From positions 97,947 through 161,946 of the forward strand of contig CAWJAC010000006.1 of NCBI GenBank assembly GCA_963840745.1: DNA of 64,000 nt, in the 5' to 3' direction. The translations under genes were made by a program, and so were the position numbers. The notes beneath the pieces were generated by a model. That model saw only the letters and a program-made list of their open reading frames with translations, was not told the DNA's origin and searched no databases. Within the stretch, counting starts at the first letter, position 1. Each line of letters opens with the position of its first letter. Source of the DNA: Candidatus Zambryskiibacteriota bacterium (GTDB lineage: Bacteria; Patescibacteriota; Minisyncoccia; Phycocordibacterales; WO2-35-19). This document shows, piece by piece, positions 60,101 to 64,000 of the stretch.

Positions 60101-60315
60101 CGGCTGGCTAGGTATGCGTCAACTCCAATAATTGGTTTAATACCAGATTTTTTGCACTCCTTATAAAACTCAATGGCGCCGTACATATTACCATTATCCG
60201 TAAGCGCTAGAGTCTCCATCTCATTTTTTTTGGCCGCTTCAATAAGCTCTGGAATTTTGGGTAAAGCCTGAAGGAGGGAATAGTGGGAATGGGTGTGTAG
60301 GTGAGTGAATTTCAT
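57104..60315 (-). CDS. dnaE: DNA polymerase III alpha subunit DnaE (apparent frameshift about 57220-57230)
   Basis: PHP domain FTHLHTHSHYSLL and a PolIIIA core. After a shift at ttttcccc the C-terminus reads ...VVFPRVLQEFSSVFVPDQCIAIKARVSLRNGEKTLIAEKAKKL, stopping at 57104-57106. The track ORF extension to 56905 is an artefact. Confidence 0.95.
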
Positions 60316-60337
60316 ATATAGCAGTATAATACAAAGT

Positions 60338-60933
60338 ATGAAATATGTTTACGGAGTAGATGAGGCGGGTAGGGGGCCACTGGCAGGGCCGATTACGCTT
60401 GCGGCATTTTCGGCACCTCAAAATTTTAGAAACAAATTAATAAAAATATTGGGGGTAAAATAAAAGATTCAAAACAATTCTCGGCAAAGAGAAGAAAAGA
60501 AATTTACAAAGATCTTTTGATATTAAAAAAGGAAGAAGAAGTAGATTTTAAAGTTTCTCATATTTCAAATAAAATAATAGATAAAAGAGGTATTAGTTAT
60601 GCGACAAATCTGGCAATAAAAAGAGTGTTCGTCAATACTAAACGCTCAGCGTCTAATAATGATGCGGTAAGGCTTGACGGATTATTGAAAGCGCCGTCAA
60701 AATTTAAAAATCAGAAAACGATTATAAAGGGTGATGAAAAAGATGTTTTCATTGCCTGCGCATCTATTGTCGCCAAAGTTCGCAGAGACCGCCTGATGTG
60801 CCGTATGGCAAAAAAATATCCTCAATATAGCCTTGAAATTCACAAGGGTTATGGTACAGTGTTCCACCGCCTCCTTATTCAAAAACACGGCCTATCTGGA
60901 ATTCACCGCAAGTCGTTTTGTACACACATTTAA
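60338..60933 (+). CDS. rnhB: Ribonuclease HII (apparent frameshift in the G5 run at 60451-60455)
   Basis: GVDEAGRGPLAGP, DSKQFSAKRR, and GDEKDVFIACASIVAKVRRD motifs across two frames. Confidence 0.85.
60633..60659 (+). repeat. 27-nt palindromic repeat element, copy 3, inside the rnhB coding sequence
   Basis: caatactaaacgctcagcgtctaataa matches the reverse complement of 5588-5614 at 25 of 27 positions. Encodes NTKRSASNN in frame. Confidence 0.7.
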
Positions 60934-60978
60934 TTGTTTTTATTTTTCATTGAGAGCATTCTTAAATAGGGGTTATTT

Positions 60979-61275
60979 ATGAGACTGGGTTTTACCGAAG
61001 GAACCGAATTTTTTGAAAGAATGATTGTCTGGTTTTCTTCTCCGTCTAGAAGAAGCACGCCAATCAATCATTTTGAACAAAGAGAAAAAATGTGTGAGAA
61101 AGGAAGAGAGCAATTTTATCACTTTCTTGCAAACCCAGCTAACGATACTGCATTTCTTGCCCACGTTGAGCCAACAAAAAAGAATGGCGGGTGCTTGAAA
61201 TGCCGCAAAGTGTTTTGTAAATATATAGAATCAGTCACAAGTGTTGGTGACACTTCATATAGCGTTAGCAGATAA
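60979..61275 (+). CDS. Hypothetical protein (position suggests a YceD/DUF177-like partner of rpmF; not supported by motifs)
   Basis: 98-aa ORF immediately upstream of rpmF, with a CxxC near the C-terminus. Weak. Confidence 0.3.
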   Translation: MRLGFTEGTEFFERMIVWFSSPSRRSTPINHFEQREKMCEKGREQFYHFLANPANDTAFLAHVEPTKKNGGCLKCRKVFCKYIESVTSVGDTSYSVSR

Positions 61276-61329
61276 ATCTCGCGACGCTATTTTCTTGCCT
61301 TATTTTATTAAATATATTAAGATACAAGC

Positions 61330-61533
61330 ATGGTAGTTCGAATGAGACATAACAGGAGCCAGACGGGAAATACAAGGAGTCATCATGCGCTGGTGAGTCC
61401 GTCTTTAACTTTGTGCAAAGAGTGCGGTTCGCCCAAGGCCCAGCACAGCGTCTGTCAGGTTTGCGGTAAGTATAAAGGCAAGCAGGTGATTGATGTCCAT
61501 GGCGAAATTAGCCAAGAAAGAAAAAAGAGCTAA
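61330..61533 (+). CDS. rpmF: Ribosomal protein L32
   Basis: RSHHAL...CKECGSPKAQHSVCQVCGKYKGKQV zinc-ribbon L32 pattern. Confidence 0.9.
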   Translation: MVVRMRHNRSQTGNTRSHHALVSPSLTLCKECGSPKAQHSVCQVCGKYKGKQVIDVHGEISQERKKS

Positions 61534-61613
61534 GGAGAAAGAAAAAGAATCCCGATAAATTCAAGTTTGTAGACTTTTATAATTTTGAATAGTTTGGTAT
61601 TCTTATAAGGAAT

Positions 61614-62495
61614 ATGGCAAACAGGCACCTTGCAAGATCAACAGTTCTTCAAACTCTCTATGAGTGGGATTTTAGCGGTCAAAAAATAAATCCTGAGGAC
61701 ATACTTCGAAGGGATGTTACTGAATTTGCTCCGGGCGCAGAATCTCAGAATTTTATGACGGATCTTTTGGGCGGAATAATTTCCAAACAAAAAGATCTTG
61801 ATAATGTAATCGCATCCGCCGCTCCGGAATGGCCAATTGAAAAAATCAGTGTTATGGATAGAAATATCCTGAGGCTCGGTCTTTATGAATTGCTTTTTGC
61901 CGATAGAGAACAGGTTCCTCCCAAAGTGGCCATCAATGAAGCCATCGAACTGGCCAAGAAATTCGGTGGCGAGACAAGCGGCAAATTTATAAACGGCGTT
62001 CTGGGCGCAGTTTACAAAGAGATGGGTGAGCCGGGCAAAGATGATAAAAGCGCTCCAAAAAAACCAGCTACATTGGAAAGTCATGCCGGTGCTGTCGTTT
62101 ATGCTAATCACCAAAAAGAAATATATGTGGCATTAGTTCACGACGTCTTCGGTCATTGGACATTGACTAAAGGCAAGATGGAAAAAGGGGAGAGCGAAGA
62201 AGATGCCATAGTGCGTGAAGCCAAAGAAGAGCTCGGCATACCAATTGAAGTCAAAAGCCGCCTCGGTGAAAACAGTTACGAAACATTTCATCCTGAAAAG
62301 GGCAAGTTGAAAAAGCACATTATATACTTTTTGGCCGAAGCGCCGTTTGAGGAATTGACACTGGAGAATAAAGAAAAGAAAGGTGGTCTCGATGATGTCA
62401 GATGGTTTAAGCTGGCCGAAATACTTGACTTGAATTTTTATGATGATATTTTGCCTATTGTCACCAAAGCCATCAACTTATTAGTGAAAAGTTAG
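61614..62495 (+). CDS. nusB: NusB antitermination factor fused to a C-terminal Nudix hydrolase domain
   Basis: NusB: ARSTVLQTLYEWDF, AINEAIELAKKFGGETSGKFINGVLG. Nudix box: GKMEKGESEEDAIVREAKEELGI. Confidence 0.85.
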   Translation: MANRHLARSTVLQTLYEWDFSGQKINPEDILRRDVTEFAPGAESQNFMTDLLGGIISKQKDLDNVIASAAPEWPIEKISVMDRNILRLGLYELLFADREQVPPKVAINEAIELAKKFGGETSGKFINGVLGAVYKEMGEPGKDDKSAPKKPATLESHAGAVVYANHQKEIYVALVHDVFGHWTLTKGKMEKGESEEDAIVREAKEELGIPIEVKSRLGENSYETFHPEKGKLKKHIIYFLAEAPFEELTLENKEKKGGLDDVRWFKLAEILDLNFYDDILPIVTKAINLLVKS

Positions 62496-62501
62496 AAAGC
62501 C

Positions 62502-63200
62502 ATGAAAGAAAAAGAACTTGACGGATTTGAAAAACTGATCGAAATAGAATTTAAAGATAAAGATTTGCTTAAGCAGGCGTTTACTCACCGCTCTTTTTTG
62601 AATGAACACAAAGCTCTCAAGAGCAAGCACAATGAGCGGCTTGAATTTTTAGGAGATGCGGTGCTCGAACTTGTCATCACTCATTATTTATACGAAAAAT
62701 ATCCGGATAAAAATGAAGGCGATTTGACCTCTATCCGGAGCGCCTTGGTCAACGCCACCACCTGCGCCGAGGTGGCAAAAAAATTGGAAGTCAATGATTA
62801 TCTGCTCCTTTCAAAAGGCGAGGCTAAAGATACGGGGCGAGCTAGGCAATATATTTTGGCTAACGCTTTAGAAGCGATTATCGGAGCCATTTATGTTGAT
62901 TTGGGATACGAGTCGGCGCAGGATTTTATAATGAAGCATATCGCTCCCATGACCTCTCAGATAGTCAAAGAACAACTTTGGGTGGATGCCAAAAGCAAGT
63001 TCCAAGAAAAAGCTCAAGATATAGAAGGAGTCACTCCATCATACAAAACCATAAAAGAAGTCGGCCCCGATCATGATAAAAAATTTACAGTTGCTGTTTT
63101 TCTCGGTGACATTTTGGTCTCCGAAGGCGAAGGAGAATCCAAACAGGACGCCGAACAATCAGCCGCCCGCAACGCTCTCAAAGAAAAGGGATGGGATTAA
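62502..63200 (+). CDS. rnc: Ribonuclease III
   Basis: NERLEFLGDAVLEL signature and a C-terminal dsRBD. Confidence 0.95.
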   Translation: MKEKELDGFEKLIEIEFKDKDLLKQAFTHRSFLNEHKALKSKHNERLEFLGDAVLELVITHYLYEKYPDKNEGDLTSIRSALVNATTCAEVAKKLEVNDYLLLSKGEAKDTGRARQYILANALEAIIGAIYVDLGYESAQDFIMKHIAPMTSQIVKEQLWVDAKSKFQEKAQDIEGVTPSYKTIKEVGPDHDKKFTVAVFLGDILVSEGEGESKQDAEQSAARNALKEKGWD

Positions 63201-63273
63201 AAATTGCAAAAACATTGTTTCTACGTTAAGTCATAAGGATAAGGCTCTTGAAACAATGTTTTTGCAATTTTTT
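63199..63273 (+). repeat. Conserved-loop hairpin, copy D (3' end of rnc)
   Basis: Perfect 23-bp arms aaaaattgcaaaaacattgtttc / gaaacaatgtttttgcaattttt. Loop tacgttaagtcataaggataaggctctt. Confidence 0.9.
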
Positions 63274-63294
63274 CTGTTATAATTTACTACAATT

Positions 63295-64000
63295 ATGCTT
63301 AAATCGTTGGAGATATCGGGATTTAAAAGTTTTGCTAAGAAAACCGAACTTAATTTCAAATCGCCCATCACCGCCATAGTCGGACCAAACGGCAGCGGCA
63401 AATCAAACGTTGCTGAGGCTTTTAGATTTTGTTTAGGAGAACAATCCATTAAATCAATGCGCGGCAAGCGCGGCGAGGATTTGATTTGGAACGGTTCAAC
63501 TGAGGTAAGCCGCTCAAACAGAGCCAGTGTAAAAATTGTTCTTGATAATAGCAAAAATTTATTCGGTTTAGATTTCGAAGAAGTGATCATTGAGAGAGTG
63601 GTCAATAGAGACGGCGGAAACGAATATTATTTGAACGGCTCTTTGGTGCGGCTTAAAGATATTATTGAACTCCTCTCCCAAGCCCATATTGGCGCTTCGG
63701 GACATCACATAATCTCCCAAGGAGAGGCAGACCGAATATTGTCAGCAAACATAAAAGAAAGGAGAGAGATGATAGAAGATGCATTGGGGCTTAAGATTTA
63801 CCAATATAAAAGAGAAGAGAGCGAAAGGAAACTTTTGAAAACAGAGGAAAATATAAAACAGGTGGAATCTTTGAGGAGAGAAATCGCGCCGCACATCAAA
63901 TTTTTGAAAAAACAGGTTGAAAAAGCGGAGAAGGCGGAGGATTTGAGAGTTAAGCTTTGCAATTTTTACAGGCAATATTTAAAAAAGAGAAAAAATATAT
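63295..64000 (+). CDS. smc: Chromosome segregation protein SMC, N-terminal part (runs off the window)
   Basis: MLKSLEISGFKSFAKK...GPNGSGKSNVAEAF Walker A, then a coiled coil. The frame is open to position 64000. Extended -10 TGTTATAAT at 63275-63283. Confidence 0.9.
   Translation, partial: MLKSLEISGFKSFAKKTELNFKSPITAIVGPNGSGKSNVAEAFRFCLGEQSIKSMRGKRGEDLIWNGSTEVSRSNRASVKIVLDNSKNLFGLDFEEVIIERVVNRDGGNEYYLNGSLVRLKDIIELLSQAHIGASGHHIISQGEADRILSANIKERREMIEDALGLKIYQYKREESERKLLKTEENIKQVESLRREIAPHIKFLKKQVEKAEKAEDLRVKLCNFYRQYLKKRKNI

Overview
This is an AT-rich, gene-dense and mostly housekeeping chromosomal segment. Its gene content and protein families look like a small-genome Patescibacteria/CPR (Parcubacteria-like) bacterium; that assignment is inferred, not proven. 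Recognisable genes fall into five groups. Cell wall and division: class B PBP, FtsA, FtsZ, Ddl, lytic transglycosylase, NlpC/P60, LepB. Replication and repair: DnaB, DnaE, GyrB, RecR, RmuC, RNase HII, and the SMC N-terminus. Translation and RNA: L21, L25, L31, L32, S1, S2, S21, EF-Ts, RF1, Pth, ThrRS, a monomeric PheRS, a HisRS-like protein, Tgt, TruB, YbeY, RNase III, NusB. Anaerobic ribonucleotide reduction: NrdD/NrdG. Glycolysis and pentose phosphate: GAPDH, RpiB, Rpe, split transketolase, a PfkB kinase, class II aldolase. There are five tRNA genes (Glu-CTC, Pro-GGG, Ser-GGA, Val-GAC, Thr-TGT), none with an encoded CCA. I saw no rRNA, CRISPR array, transposase or integrase. Accessory content consists of (i) a SipW-type signal peptidase operon with three TasA/camelysin-like secreted proteins, (ii) a type II R-M pair whose methyltransferase carries N-terminal HEAT repeats, and (iii) a 916-aa orphan VirD4/TraD-like P-loop ATPase. 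The most unusual non-coding signal is a family of four long hairpins sitting at the 3' ends of genes in the sense orientation. Their 28-nt loop is conserved, but their 19-25 bp stems are unrelated in sequence. Other non-coding signals are a promoter- and terminator-bounded GC-rich ~330-nt candidate structured RNA upstream of rpmE, two further small repeat families, and a 7-nt x4 microsatellite that sets the reading frame of a secreted muramidase. Major caveat: about 25 single-base frameshifts, many in homopolymers, interrupt at least 15 genes, including essential ones (dnaB, ftsZ, gyrB, dnaE, thrS). This most likely reflects indel errors in the assembly rather than real pseudogenes.
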